Positions 36,644 to 46,927 of a stretch of 64,000 bases of DNA are shown here, piece by piece. The DNA lies in contig JBAYUK010000002.1 in assembly GCA_041675145.1 (NCBI GenBank), positions 152,530-216,529 of the forward strand, read 5' to 3'. The notes below the pieces were generated by a model, which did not search any database, was not told the DNA's origin, and saw only the letters and a list, made by a program, of their open reading frames with translations. Each line of letters starts with the position of its first letter. The first letter of the stretch is position 1. The translations under genes and the position numbers were made by a program. This DNA is from Patescibacteria group bacterium (GTDB lineage Bacteria > Patescibacteriota > JACPGU01).

Positions 36644-37911
36644 ATGAAAGTACTCTATAGAAATATGTTCGTTACGGTGGTTCTCGTTTTTCTCGCAACA
36701 ATTGTTGTGTACTGGGCAGAGCAAGCAAAACTACCGCACTTTGAATTATTTCGATACCTGTACTTTATACCAATACTTTTTTCAGCGCTTACTTTTGACT
36801 TTGCTGGTGCAGTATATGCATCGGTTACCGTTGTTTCTCTCTACATTCCGATATTGTTCTTAAGGCTTGAAAGCCGGGGCGTAGATGATGCTTCTGTTGA
36901 GCTGTTTATTACCTTAATGCTCTTCGTAGTTATTGGAGTTATAGTGGGAATTGCTTCAGGCAACGAAAGAAGGAAGCGCGAAACATACCAGGCTTTATCT
37001 GAACTAGGTAATATTATTTCGTACTCGTTTACGATCGATAAACTACTACCTGAAGTGCTCAATACAATTGTGAGAGTGACAGAAAGTGCACGGGGTGCCA
37101 TTGTATTTATAGATACAGAAAAAGAGTTCTTCACTCTACTGGATAGTAACAATCAGGTACAAAAGATTCGTAATAATTCAGATACGCCATTGCACGACTT
37201 ACTGACAATAAAAAAACCGTTCTTCATTAATAACATTGCACAAGATGAAAGGTTGCTCGTGTCTGATGATATGGGTGAGTTCGTATCTATGATGGTATCT
37301 CCAATTATAGTAAAAGATAGAACAATAGGTTTGGTGATTGTAGAAGACAAGGTTGAGGAGAAGCGATACGCAACAGACAATGCCCAACTACTCTTCACGA
37401 TTGCCACACAACTGGGTGCAAATGTTACGAACCTCAAGCTGTACGAGCTTGCCGTCATTGATGGACTAACTCAGACATATACGCATCGTTTCTTCCAGAA
37501 CAAACTCAAAGAAGAACTAAAACAGAAACCCGTCTCGTTACTGTTGGCAGATATTGATCATTTTAAAAGTGTAAACGATACCTATGGTCATCCTGAAGGA
37601 GATGTAGTGTTAAAGCAGGTTGCCAAGATTATGCAGGAAGTAGTTGGTGACATGGGGGAGAAGAATTCAGTATTATTCTCCCCGGTACGAGTAAGGAAGA
37701 AGCACTAAGAATTGCACAGGCAATCTGTGACGCGGTCTCGCTGTATCCTTTTGTATTGAAGGATCAGAAGAAGGTTATAACCATTAGTATTGGGGTATCA
37801 TTCACAGATAGTGATTGCCATCCTCGAGAGTTAATTGAAAAAGCAGACAAGAACCTATACGTCGCAAAAGACACGGGAAGAAATAGGGTCTGTTCGACCC
37901 ATGCCGTATAA
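36644..37911 (+). pseudogene. membrane sensor with GAF-like domain and GGDEF diguanylate cyclase, interrupted by a 1-nt frameshift in a G5 tract at the GGEEF motif
   Basis: Frame A ends ...VVGDMGEKNSVLFSPVRVRKKH* at 37708. Shifting one base within GGGGG at 37654-37658 gives GGEEFSIILPGTSKEEALRIAQAI...LYVAKDTGRNRV*, a complete GGDEF C-terminus ending at 37911. Confidence 0.7.
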
Positions 37912-37952
37912 ACTGGTATACTGTCGACATTACATAGAACCATATCAGTGTT

Positions 37953-38567
37953 ATGAGGGATGCATATACAGAAGCTGTACTCGCCTTAGGCCAACTCGCC
38001 TTACAATTCGGACGAGTTAACCGTATTACTCGCCACGAGGATGGAGTAACGCCTGAGTCGGATACGGACCATACGGTGATGATGGGGCTTGTTGCATGTT
38101 CATATGCATCTAGTTTTGCTCCACATCTAGACTTGGGAAAGGTGTCTCAGTTTGCACTCGTACATGACTTAGTAGAGGCCTATGCCGGGGATACAGCCAG
38201 TATTGGTGGTAAGTTATCTCAAGAGAAGAGGAGTCTTAAAGAGCACAAGGAACGCGAAGCGCTTGAAAGACTTGAAAAAGAGTTTTCCGGTTCCTTCCCG
38301 TGGCTTATAGATATGATTAAGCAGTACGAAGCCTTGTCGTGCCCTGAAGCGCGCTTTATAAAGGCGATAGACAAGGTCATGCCTAAAATCACCAACATCT
38401 TAAGTGGTTGTGTGGTAGTAAAACAAGAAGTCTCGGTTGAGGAGTTTGAAGAGAGACTAACAAAGCAGCGAATAGATATGTATAGCACCTATGCTAAGGA
38501 TCAGCCTGAGGCTATGGATTTGTTTGATAGCCTCACCGCTAAGATGCTACATCTTATGAAACAGTAA
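37953..38567 (+). CDS. HD-domain phosphohydrolase (YfbR-like)
   Basis: H...HD...D pattern: SDTDHTVMM, VHDLVEAYAGD. Confidence 0.75.
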   Translation: MRDAYTEAVLALGQLALQFGRVNRITRHEDGVTPESDTDHTVMMGLVACSYASSFAPHLDLGKVSQFALVHDLVEAYAGDTASIGGKLSQEKRSLKEHKEREALERLEKEFSGSFPWLIDMIKQYEALSCPEARFIKAIDKVMPKITNILSGCVVVKQEVSVEEFEERLTKQRIDMYSTYAKDQPEAMDLFDSLTAKMLHLMKQ

Positions 38568-38583
38568 TAGAGGAGAGTCTTTT

Positions 38584-40404
38584 ATGCCATCAGCACAAGA
38601 AACAATAGATATATTCAATACAACACACACTAGTCTTCATCAAAAGTTTGAAGAACTCTTTTGGAAAGTAAAGATGGGAGAGCACGACCTATCTGATGAG
38701 CAAGACCGTGCAGAAAAAGAAAGAGATGCCTTTGCAGCCGATAGTACTAATCTTGAACAGGTTACTTCACTTCTCGGTACAGATGATCTCACAGATGAGG
38801 AAAGAAAAAGTCTTACAATCTGGAAAAACTTTTTTGAGTTATATCAAACCCCCCTTTCTTTAGTGCCATTGCGCGACAAGATTGCCCAGCTAGAATCAAA
38901 GATTGAAACAATGTTTGGAACCCGTGCAGAAGGATATATAGATCCTGGGACAAGTGGGTTTGTAGAAGCATCAGAGAATAAGATGCGCATGATAGTTCGT
39001 ACGCACGATGACGAGCTGATGCGCAAGGCGTGTTGGGTAGCAACACAGGAACTTGCAAAGCAGGCTCTACCAGATTTTATAGAACTGGTTACGTTGCGTA
39101 ACGAATATGCACAAGGCTTAGGGTTTGAAGACTTCTACTCATACAAGGTACATATCAATGAGGGAATGACAAAGCAACAGGTACGGGACCTGTTTGGAAA
39201 GATATATACCGATACTCTCACCACCTTTGAAGATATTCGTGGCTTAGAGAAAGAGAAGCCAGGTCTTAGAAGGCCATGGAACTTTGGGTATATGATGGCA
39301 GGAGACTTTACAAAAGAAGAAGATCAGTATTTTGACTTCAAAGATGCACTTATGAACTGGGGCAAGTCTTTTGCTGCCCTAGGCATAAACTACCAAGGAG
39401 GCACCCTCCAGCTCGATCTCCTAGATCGTAGAGGAAAATACAGTAATGGGTTCTGTCACTATCCAAAGCTAGTAAACTTTAATGAAGGTCCTCGTATGAG
39501 CGGTGCCGCTAACTTTACGTGTAATGTGGTGTACGGTCAGGTTGGAGCAGGTTCGACTGGAATGGAAACCCTTTTTCACGAAGGTGGACACGCAGCAGAT
39601 CGGTTGTGTAGTGAGCAAAAAGAAACATGTCTTAATTCAGAATACCCTCCAGCCTCTGTTGCATGGGCAGAGACACATAGTCAGTTTTTAGATACCATGT
39701 TCTCAAGTATTGAATGGAGGACCCGTTACGCAAAAGATAGCAGTGGTAATGCATATCCCTTTGACCTTTTTGAGAGAAAGGTTCGTCGTTTAAGAATTAT
39801 GTCTCCACATGCTCTCCATAGCATCATGATGGTAACTGAGTTTGAACAAGAAGTGTACGCAATGTCTGATATTACACAAGAGAAAGTACTGCAGCTAGCA
39901 TGCGCCATGACTAAAAAGTACTATGACTTCAGTGAAGAGTCAGTAGCGGTACTGGGAATTCCTCATATCTACTCGTGGAATAGTTCAGGGTACTATCAGG
40001 GATACGGTTTAGCGGAGCTTGCTCTGATGCAGTGGCGTAAGTATTTTTATGATAAGTACGGATACATAGTAGATAACCCAGAAGTGGGTCGTGAAATGAT
40101 TGAGGTGTGGAAGCTAGGATCTCTACATCCCTTCGCACAGTTCGTACGTATTGCAACTGGTAAAGATTTATCTCCTGATGCATTTATAGAGGATGTGACG
40201 CTTGATACTGAAGCGTATCTTATGCGCGCAAAAGAAAGAATAAAGAAAGTTCAGTCGATTCCTGAATACAACGATCCAATAAATCTCAACGCTCAGATAC
40301 AAATGGTGCATGGAAAAGAGTTAGTAGCGGATAACAAAAAGAGCTTTGAGGATATGGCAAAAGCGTATGCGAGTTGGCTTGAAACGCAGCGTCAGGATTC
40401 GTAG
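38584..40404 (+). CDS. neurolysin-fold (M3/M32-type) zinc metallopeptidase
   Basis: HEGGH zinc-binding motif within a roughly 600-aa helical protein. Confidence 0.7.
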   Translation: MPSAQETIDIFNTTHTSLHQKFEELFWKVKMGEHDLSDEQDRAEKERDAFAADSTNLEQVTSLLGTDDLTDEERKSLTIWKNFFELYQTPLSLVPLRDKIAQLESKIETMFGTRAEGYIDPGTSGFVEASENKMRMIVRTHDDELMRKACWVATQELAKQALPDFIELVTLRNEYAQGLGFEDFYSYKVHINEGMTKQQVRDLFGKIYTDTLTTFEDIRGLEKEKPGLRRPWNFGYMMAGDFTKEEDQYFDFKDALMNWGKSFAALGINYQGGTLQLDLLDRRGKYSNGFCHYPKLVNFNEGPRMSGAANFTCNVVYGQVGAGSTGMETLFHEGGHAADRLCSEQKETCLNSEYPPASVAWAETHSQFLDTMFSSIEWRTRYAKDSSGNAYPFDLFERKVRRLRIMSPHALHSIMMVTEFEQEVYAMSDITQEKVLQLACAMTKKYYDFSEESVAVLGIPHIYSWNSSGYYQGYGLAELALMQWRKYFYDKYGYIVDNPEVGREMIEVWKLGSLHPFAQFVRIATGKDLSPDAFIEDVTLDTEAYLMRAKERIKKVQSIPEYNDPINLNAQIQMVHGKELVADNKKSFEDMAKAYASWLETQRQDS

Positions 40405-40430
40405 TGGGGAATGTTCTCCAGAAGGGTTTT

Positions 40431-40460
40431 TTGACTTACCGTTTAGCTACCAGGTATAAT
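40431..40460 (+). promoter_or_regulatory. sigma70-like promoter TTGACT-N18-TATAAT
   Basis: Consensus -35/-10 hexamers upstream of the 40541 gene, with a hairpin-containing 5' UTR. Confidence 0.5.
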
Positions 40461-40540
40461 ACAGGTAATACAACTAATTCTGTGGATAACTTCACAGATG
40501 CATTCTCTGGCTTCGGCTCGAGAAAGCGGGAGGTTACAAG

Positions 40541-40756
40541 ATGAGCTTTACAGTTGTGAGCAAGAAAAGTGGTAAGACATATTACCTACATGGTAAGGAT
40601 GTAGAACTAAAGGGTGCGAAAGGCCGCAAGCAGCGCATTCACTGGTTCTCAGGTAAGGACAAGTTGAATCCTGAAAATGCACTTGATGCAATGCCAGAAG
40701 GATACAAGGTTATTGAAAACCCTAAGACCGGTTTGCCAATGTTGAAAAAGGCATAA
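40541..40756 (+). CDS. small hypothetical protein (71 aa)
   Basis: GGAGG SD 6 nt upstream of the ATG. Confidence 0.5.
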   Translation: MSFTVVSKKSGKTYYLHGKDVELKGAKGRKQRIHWFSGKDKLNPENALDAMPEGYKVIENPKTGLPMLKKA

Positions 40757-40824
40757 TCGTTTCAAAATATCATAGAAAAGACCCCAGTGATGGGGTTTTT
40801 TCTATGATATGGTAAAATGAGTAT

Positions 40825-41547
40825 ATGAAACTCAAAAGATCCCACTACCGCTTTTTTATCGATCCTACTGGCATAAGCCCTCAAGGAGAGGTAGTAATTA
40901 CCGATGAAGGTATTATTCGCCAGATAACTAAAGTTTTTCGCTTGCATGTTGGTGATCTGGCAGTAGTGTTGGATAACACAGGGTATGAATATGAGGTTGA
41001 GCTTACAAAGATCTCTCGTGACCAGGTAGTAGGTAAGGTTATTAGTACAGTACAAGAGGAGTTGGGGAGTACAAGACAAGTGATCCTGTTCTTTCCGGTA
41101 TTGAAGCCAGGTAGAGTAGAGTTTCTTCTAGAAAAGGCAACAGAGCTGGGAGTAACCCAACTGATTCCGGTTATATATGAGAAGAGTATTAAGAAAGAAC
41201 ACTTCAAGATGGATCGTTGGAAGAAGATTATTCTCGAAGCAGCCGAGCAGTCTCACCGCAGATTCCTGCCCATACTAGAGAGCCCCGTGGATCTTACTTC
41301 TGCACTCCAGCGAGTTCAGGGGGATGTATTGGTAGCTGACGAAAAAGCTAGAGAGGATAGTACAAAGATACCACAACGAACTGGTGTATCCTCGGTATCA
41401 TTACTTATAGGCCCTGAGGGAGGCTTTAGTGATGCCGAGAGGGATATTTTTAGAGACAAGGGGTACCAGTTCATCTCCCTGAGTGAAAACGTTCTCAGGG
41501 CAGAAACAGCTGCTATCCTGGCAGTTGGAAAAGTATTGTTGGTATGA
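40825..41547 (+). CDS. rsmE: 16S rRNA (uracil1498-N3)-methyltransferase
   Basis: RFFIDP N-terminus and LLIGPEGGFSDAE motif. Confidence 0.85.
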   Translation: MKLKRSHYRFFIDPTGISPQGEVVITDEGIIRQITKVFRLHVGDLAVVLDNTGYEYEVELTKISRDQVVGKVISTVQEELGSTRQVILFFPVLKPGRVEFLLEKATELGVTQLIPVIYEKSIKKEHFKMDRWKKIILEAAEQSHRRFLPILESPVDLTSALQRVQGDVLVADEKAREDSTKIPQRTGVSSVSLLIGPEGGFSDAERDIFRDKGYQFISLSENVLRAETAAILAVGKVLLV

Positions 41548-41731
41548 TAGGATACTTTCACGCTGGTACAAACACGGGATGGATAGGCTTTATACGTAGG
41601 GAACAGAATACAAGAAACAGTGTATTTTGGTTAGGAAATATATATAGATTCTTAAGTATTCTTGTTTTTTACTCGTAAAAAGTATAGAATATATCAGTAC
41701 CGATTGTATTAGAGCACGAAGTACCTAGTAC

Positions 41732-41803
41732 GGTCTCATCGTCTAGTGGTTAGGACAACAGGTTCTCATCCTGTAAACAGGGGTTCGATTCCCCTTGAGA
41801 CTA
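41732..41803 (+). tRNA. tRNA-Glu (anticodon CUC)
   Basis: Acceptor GGTCTCA/TGAGACT, anticodon stem ACAGG/CCTGT with loop TTCTCAT, T-arm AGGGG-TTCGATT-CCCCT. Confidence 0.85.
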
Positions 41804-41818
41804 TAGTTTTTTTAGATC

Positions 41819-41846
41819 TATAAAACCCGCATCAGGCGGGTTTTAT
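41819..41846 (+). terminator. intrinsic terminator after tRNA-Glu (variant of the conserved AAAAC hairpin family)
   Basis: ataaaacccgc-atcag-gcgggttttat flanked by A and T tracts (bidirectional). Confidence 0.6.
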
Positions 41847-41915
41847 GATGATTTTGCAAGAGTGACTGAGGATGCTTTTTTATGAGACAATAGGGACAAT
41901 AAAAGGAGTTGCAAT

Positions 41916-43580
41916 ATGCGTTTTATTCTCCACCGTGCATTAATGGTCGTGTGTGTATTCCTTGCGGTTTTTTCCGTACTTACTATTCCTATGCGTGCTG
42001 AGACTAAGACTACCGACGGAAGGTTTGGGATAAATAGTTTTGTATTTAATAGGTATGAATGGCAGAAATGGGATCAGCCAACAAGTGAAATACAAGAACT
42101 TGGCGTTTCCTGGGTGCGCGAGGAGTTTGTCTGGGGGCAGATCGAACCAGAAAAAGATAACCTTAACTGGGACTTTTATGACAACGCTTTCAACTCGTTA
42201 TCTAAAAGTAATGTAAAAGTTTTGGGAATTATAGACTATAGTGCTCCGTGGGCGACTAGTAATCCAGGTTTAGATCAGGCAGATAAATACATGCCAGACT
42301 TAGCCCAGTGGGAGAAGTATGTTTCTCGGGTTGTGGAACGGTACGGAGAGAGGGTGGATGCATGGCAGATTTGGAATGAACCAAATATACCGACCTTTTT
42401 TAAGCCACAGCCAAATATAGATCAGTATATAAGTATATTAAGAACAGCAAGCAGTGTTGTACGAGAGAAGGACCCTAACGCGCAGATACTCGTAGCTGGT
42501 ATGTCCGGAGTCGATGTTGGATACCTAGAAATTATGAAAAGCAAAGGAACTGAAGAGCTTTTTGATGTCGTAGCAGTTCACCCCTACCAGGTTTTTCGTT
42601 CTATTCCTGAGGATGGAGCGTATTTGCGTGACCTATCTCATGCCCAGCAACTTGGAGATCTATACAATAAGCCAGTATGGATCACCGAGATTGGCTGGCC
42701 AACCGACAGGCAGGTTGGGGTAGATGAGAAAACTCAGGCTCAGTATCTTGTTCGTTCTCAGTTACTTGCCTATAAGTTTCCTCGAATAGAGAAGGTTTTT
42801 TGGTATGACCTAAGAAACGATGGGACTGATCCAATGGATCGGGAGAATAACTTTGGTCTCATCCGCGCTGATTTTACCCCAAAGCTTGCGTTTACTGCAT
42901 ATAAGAGTCTTATCTCTGTTCTTTCAGGAGCTACATTTGTGAGAGACCAGTCAGACCCTTCAAATAGGTCATATGACTTGGTCTATAAAAAAGGGAGTGA
43001 ATTTATTCGGGTTATATGGAAATCGACAAACGATGGAGTCGCTGAAATTAGTGGCGATAACGATATTAGTATAGTGAGTATGACCGGTGAAAAAAGTCTT
43101 TTAAGACAGAGTAAGGATAACCGGTACATTGCTCTGAGTAACTCTCCATTATATTTATTTTCTAAAAATGAAATTCTTGATGCAGATACAAGAGGAGATA
43201 GATATGATTATGAATTCATAGATCAGTCTGCACATATCTCGGCAATCCAAGGGGGAAGTTATCCTGTGTGGGTTACCCTACGCAATACCGGTAATACGAT
43301 TTGGTCCAAAGACGGGAGTGGTCCGCATGTGATGCTTGGTACGTGCCGTAATATCGATCGTCATTCTTCGTTTCATACTGCAGGTAAATGGATTGGTGCA
43401 AATAGACCCGCAGAGCCTGAGCAGGACATGGTACTTCCGGGCGGTATGGCAACCTTCCGTTTTGATTTAGATACAAAGATGGTAAGCTCAGGTGAGTACC
43501 GGGAGTACTTCTGTCCATTAGTTGAAAGCGTTACATGGATGAAGGATGTAGGAATATATTGGGATATTAATATTCGGTAG
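41916..43580 (+). CDS. secreted glycoside hydrolase (GH5-like catalytic domain) with C-terminal beta-sandwich domain
   Basis: Signal peptide; QIWNEPN (NEP catalytic acid/base region); C-terminal domain homologous to the N-terminal domain of the 60620 protein. Confidence 0.6.
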   Translation: MRFILHRALMVVCVFLAVFSVLTIPMRAETKTTDGRFGINSFVFNRYEWQKWDQPTSEIQELGVSWVREEFVWGQIEPEKDNLNWDFYDNAFNSLSKSNVKVLGIIDYSAPWATSNPGLDQADKYMPDLAQWEKYVSRVVERYGERVDAWQIWNEPNIPTFFKPQPNIDQYISILRTASSVVREKDPNAQILVAGMSGVDVGYLEIMKSKGTEELFDVVAVHPYQVFRSIPEDGAYLRDLSHAQQLGDLYNKPVWITEIGWPTDRQVGVDEKTQAQYLVRSQLLAYKFPRIEKVFWYDLRNDGTDPMDRENNFGLIRADFTPKLAFTAYKSLISVLSGATFVRDQSDPSNRSYDLVYKKGSEFIRVIWKSTNDGVAEISGDNDISIVSMTGEKSLLRQSKDNRYIALSNSPLYLFSKNEILDADTRGDRYDYEFIDQSAHISAIQGGSYPVWVTLRNTGNTIWSKDGSGPHVMLGTCRNIDRHSSFHTAGKWIGANRPAEPEQDMVLPGGMATFRFDLDTKMVSSGEYREYFCPLVESVTWMKDVGIYWDINIR

Positions 43581-43584
43581 TAGT

Positions 43585-45084
43585 ATGTCTTTATACAGAG
43601 ATTATCGACCACAAAACTTTAACGACATCATAGGACAAGAGACTGTTGTTCAGGTTTTGCGTGGTGCGCTTTCGCTAAACAATATCGGACATGCATATAT
43701 TTTTGCTGGTCCTCGTGGTACTGGAAAGACCTCGCTCGCTCGTGTATTTGCTAAGGCAGTTAACTGTTTGGCAGAAGGAGAAAGGCCATGTGGAGTTTGT
43801 ACTGTTTGTCAGCAGGTGACATCAGGCAGCTTCTTGGACTTGATAGAGATTGATGCTGCGAGTAACCGTGGAATTGATCAGATTCGAGACCTAAAAGAAA
43901 AAGTGCAGTTTATGCCTACCAGTGGACGATACAAGGTGTATATCATCGATGAGGCACATATGTTAACCAAAGATGCTTTTAATGCTCTTCTCAAGACCCT
44001 TGAAGAGCCCCCAGCGCATGTCATCTTTATACTTGCAACAACTGAGACTCATAAGATACCGATAACTATTCTATCTCGTTGTCAGAGGTTGGATTTTTAC
44101 CGCATCGATAGAGAAGCCGTCCTCAACGCTTTAATGGTGATTTGCGAGAAGGAAAATATTCAGTATGAAGCCTCAGCTCTTCATCGTATTATCACAATAG
44201 GCGAGGGATCGATGCGAGATACCTTATCATACCTTGATCAGATACGATCGTTCTTGGGCAGTGGGGTGATAACTGATGAATCAGTTTCTCGAGCTTTAGG
44301 ACTCTCGTCTTCTGAATATATTGAGCAGCTACTGATCAGTATCTTCAAGTCAGACTATAAAGCGGCAGTCACAATAACAGAATCTTTGTACTCGAAAGGA
44401 ACCGACTTCGAGTTCTTTTTGAAGGAAGTAATCTTGTTCTTACATGACACGCTTGTGCTTAGTTTTTCCAAGAAGAACGAAAACAAATCAAATCTTGAAG
44501 TGGTATTAGAGTCAGTTGACCAAAAGAGAGTCGGAGAAGTTTTACACATCCTCACTGATGGAATTAAGATGGTGCGCAATGTGTTACTACCTCATGTGGC
44601 GTTGATGGTTATCGTTTTTGACTGCATCAATACTATGCAACCAATCTTAGCAGGGAAAATAAATGACACCCCTCAAGCATCAAGTAGCCCACTACCCACT
44701 CCTTTACAGGATGGTACTGTGAAGGAAGTACCTATTCCTCCTGCAAAAAAAGAAGTGGTACCAGAGAAGAACGATTCAGGTCAGGGTGATTTCTGGAGGA
44801 GGTTTCAGGATGAAGTAAAAACTCAAAGGCTGTCTATGGGACTTGCTTTGCAAGATGCTCGATATGTCCAGGAAAACGACCAGCTTACGATTTATATAAC
44901 GAATCCGTTTTTACTTAAGCAGTTATCTGATACGAAGAACTCAGTGTTCTTAAGTGAAGTGGCTAGTGCAGTTATGGGTAAGAAACTGACTATTGTAGTA
45001 GAGAAAGATTCAGTTGCGCCACAAAAAAAAGAGCTTATAGATGAGGCACTTGAGGTCTTTGGTGACGGAGAGATTATTGACTAA
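43585..45084 (+). CDS. dnaX: DNA polymerase III subunit gamma/tau
   Basis: GPRGTGKTS Walker A, zinc module CGVCTVC, SRC motif ILSRCQ. Confidence 0.9.
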   Translation: MSLYRDYRPQNFNDIIGQETVVQVLRGALSLNNIGHAYIFAGPRGTGKTSLARVFAKAVNCLAEGERPCGVCTVCQQVTSGSFLDLIEIDAASNRGIDQIRDLKEKVQFMPTSGRYKVYIIDEAHMLTKDAFNALLKTLEEPPAHVIFILATTETHKIPITILSRCQRLDFYRIDREAVLNALMVICEKENIQYEASALHRIITIGEGSMRDTLSYLDQIRSFLGSGVITDESVSRALGLSSSEYIEQLLISIFKSDYKAAVTITESLYSKGTDFEFFLKEVILFLHDTLVLSFSKKNENKSNLEVVLESVDQKRVGEVLHILTDGIKMVRNVLLPHVALMVIVFDCINTMQPILAGKINDTPQASSSPLPTPLQDGTVKEVPIPPAKKEVVPEKNDSGQGDFWRRFQDEVKTQRLSMGLALQDARYVQENDQLTIYITNPFLLKQLSDTKNSVFLSEVASAVMGKKLTIVVEKDSVAPQKKELIDEALEVFGDGEIID

Positions 45085-45094
45085 AGGTAATGTT

Positions 45095-46462
45095 ATGAAA
45101 AAGACGCAAGACACTGTACAGAAGAGTTTGGATAAGATACTACCTCACAATAGTGAAGCTGAAGAGGCTATGATAGGATCACTATTCATAGATAACGAAG
45201 CGATCTTAAAGGTAGTAGACTATGTGAGCTCAGACGACTTCTATAGTCCTGCAAATGCTGCTGTATACCAGTCAATTAGTAATCTCTTCCAACAAAAAAG
45301 CCCAATAGACCTTGTGACGGTTAGTGAGGAACTGGAAAGACAAGGCCTGCTCGAAACTATAGGTGGCGCTTTGTATTTGTCGCGTCTCGTAAACTCTGTA
45401 CCCACAGCCTCTCATGTTCTTCAGTACGCAACAATTGTGAAAGAAAAGAAAACCTTAAGAGACTTAATTGTAGTGGCACAAGACATCTCGGCTCTTGGGT
45501 ACGCAGAATCTGAGAAAATAGATGTTATCCTGGACCATGCGGAGCAGTCACTGCTTGGTATTGGACATAAGAGCCTAAAACAGAATTTCGTTGCGCTAAG
45601 AAGTATGTTAACCGATACATTTGACCGTATAGATCACCTTCATCGTAATCGAGGACAACTCAGAGGAGTACCAACCGGCTTTCATGAACTAGACTTCTTA
45701 CTTGGTGGACTACAAAAGAGTGACTTGGTTATTCTTGCAGCACGTCCATCAATGGGAAAAACAAGTTTTGCTCTTAACCTTGCTCTTAACGCCGCTACGA
45801 AGCATAAGATTGGTGTGGCTATCTTCTCTCTGGAAATGAGTCGAGATCAGCTTGCGGATCGTTTACTGTCCTCGACTTCTGGTGTAGACGCATGGAAGTT
45901 GCGTACGGGAAACCTCTATGAAGACGACTTTGCAAAGATCGGCGAGGCGATGGCGGTTCTCGATGAAGCTCCGGTATATATAGATGACTCGGCTAATATT
46001 ACGGTTATGGAGATGCGAGCGAAAGCAAGAAGACTGAAGTCTGAGCATGGACTTGGGTTGATTGTTATCGACTACCTTCAGTTGATGGGAGGTAATAGCG
46101 AAAACCGTGTTCAAGAAATATCTGAGATCTCTCGTTCTCTTAAAGGACTTGCTCGTGAGTTAGATGTCCCAGTAATTGCATTATCTCAGCTGAACCGTGC
46201 ACTAGAAATGCGTCCAGATAAAAGGCCACAGCTTTCAGACCTTAGAGAATCAGGTTCGATCGAGCAAGACGCCGATGTTGTCGTCTTTATCTACCGTGAA
46301 GAATATTATGATAAGGATACAGATCGTAAGAATATTGCAGAAATATTAGTGAGAAAACACCGTAATGGACCTATTGGCTCTGTTGATCTATTCTTCATTG
46401 GAGGTCAGATGAAGTTTGTGGATCTTGAGAAAAAGCGGGTTGAGTCTAACTCTGTTTTCTAG
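45095..46462 (+). CDS. dnaB: replicative DNA helicase
   Basis: LPHNSEAEEAMIGSLFID N-terminus, Walker A ARPSMGKTS, RecA-like core; start set at ATG 45095 just after the dnaX stop. Confidence 0.9.
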   Translation: MKKTQDTVQKSLDKILPHNSEAEEAMIGSLFIDNEAILKVVDYVSSDDFYSPANAAVYQSISNLFQQKSPIDLVTVSEELERQGLLETIGGALYLSRLVNSVPTASHVLQYATIVKEKKTLRDLIVVAQDISALGYAESEKIDVILDHAEQSLLGIGHKSLKQNFVALRSMLTDTFDRIDHLHRNRGQLRGVPTGFHELDFLLGGLQKSDLVILAARPSMGKTSFALNLALNAATKHKIGVAIFSLEMSRDQLADRLLSSTSGVDAWKLRTGNLYEDDFAKIGEAMAVLDEAPVYIDDSANITVMEMRAKARRLKSEHGLGLIVIDYLQLMGGNSENRVQEISEISRSLKGLARELDVPVIALSQLNRALEMRPDKRPQLSDLRESGSIEQDADVVVFIYREEYYDKDTDRKNIAEILVRKHRNGPIGSVDLFFIGGQMKFVDLEKKRVESNSVF

Positions 46463-46474
46463 GACAATACATAG

Positions 46475-46927
46475 ATGACTGATACAAAAAAAGTTTTTAC
46501 AAAAGATAGTTTATTTCGGCAGGTAATACTGTTCTTTGGAGTTGGTGTTATTAATACAGCAATTGATTTTTTTATTCTCAATGTTTTAACATACAGTACA
46601 CAAATTCACCAAGGTATTTGGTTTTCAGTATTTAAGGCTATTTCTTTCTCTGCGGCTACTGCAAATAGTTACATCATGAATAGTAGGTTTACATTCTCGG
46701 TAGAAAAGGAGAGAGCAGTAAAAGATGTGCCCGCTTTCTTGTTGGCGAGCATGGTAGGCCTTCTTCTTAATGTCTCAGTAGCAAGTGTTATTGTGCATTA
46801 CTGTAACGCACTACTTCCTGAAATGAGTGGACAGCTCGTAATAAACATCGGGGGTCTTGCTGGTACTGCAACGAGTTTGGTTTGGAATTTCGTGAGCTAT
46901 AAGTATCTCGTATTCAAAAAGAAATGA
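46475..46927 (+). CDS. GtrA-family membrane protein
   Basis: Four TM helices; FFGVGVINTAIDF pattern. Confidence 0.7.
   Translation: MTDTKKVFTKDSLFRQVILFFGVGVINTAIDFFILNVLTYSTQIHQGIWFSVFKAISFSAATANSYIMNSRFTFSVEKERAVKDVPAFLLASMVGLLLNVSVASVIVHYCNALLPEMSGQLVINIGGLAGTATSLVWNFVSYKYLVFKKK

Noticed and set aside
37835-38020. 61-aa ORF between the GGDEF gene and the HD hydrolase
   Set aside because: It overlaps the frameshift-restored GGDEF C-terminus and the HD gene start, so it is spurious.
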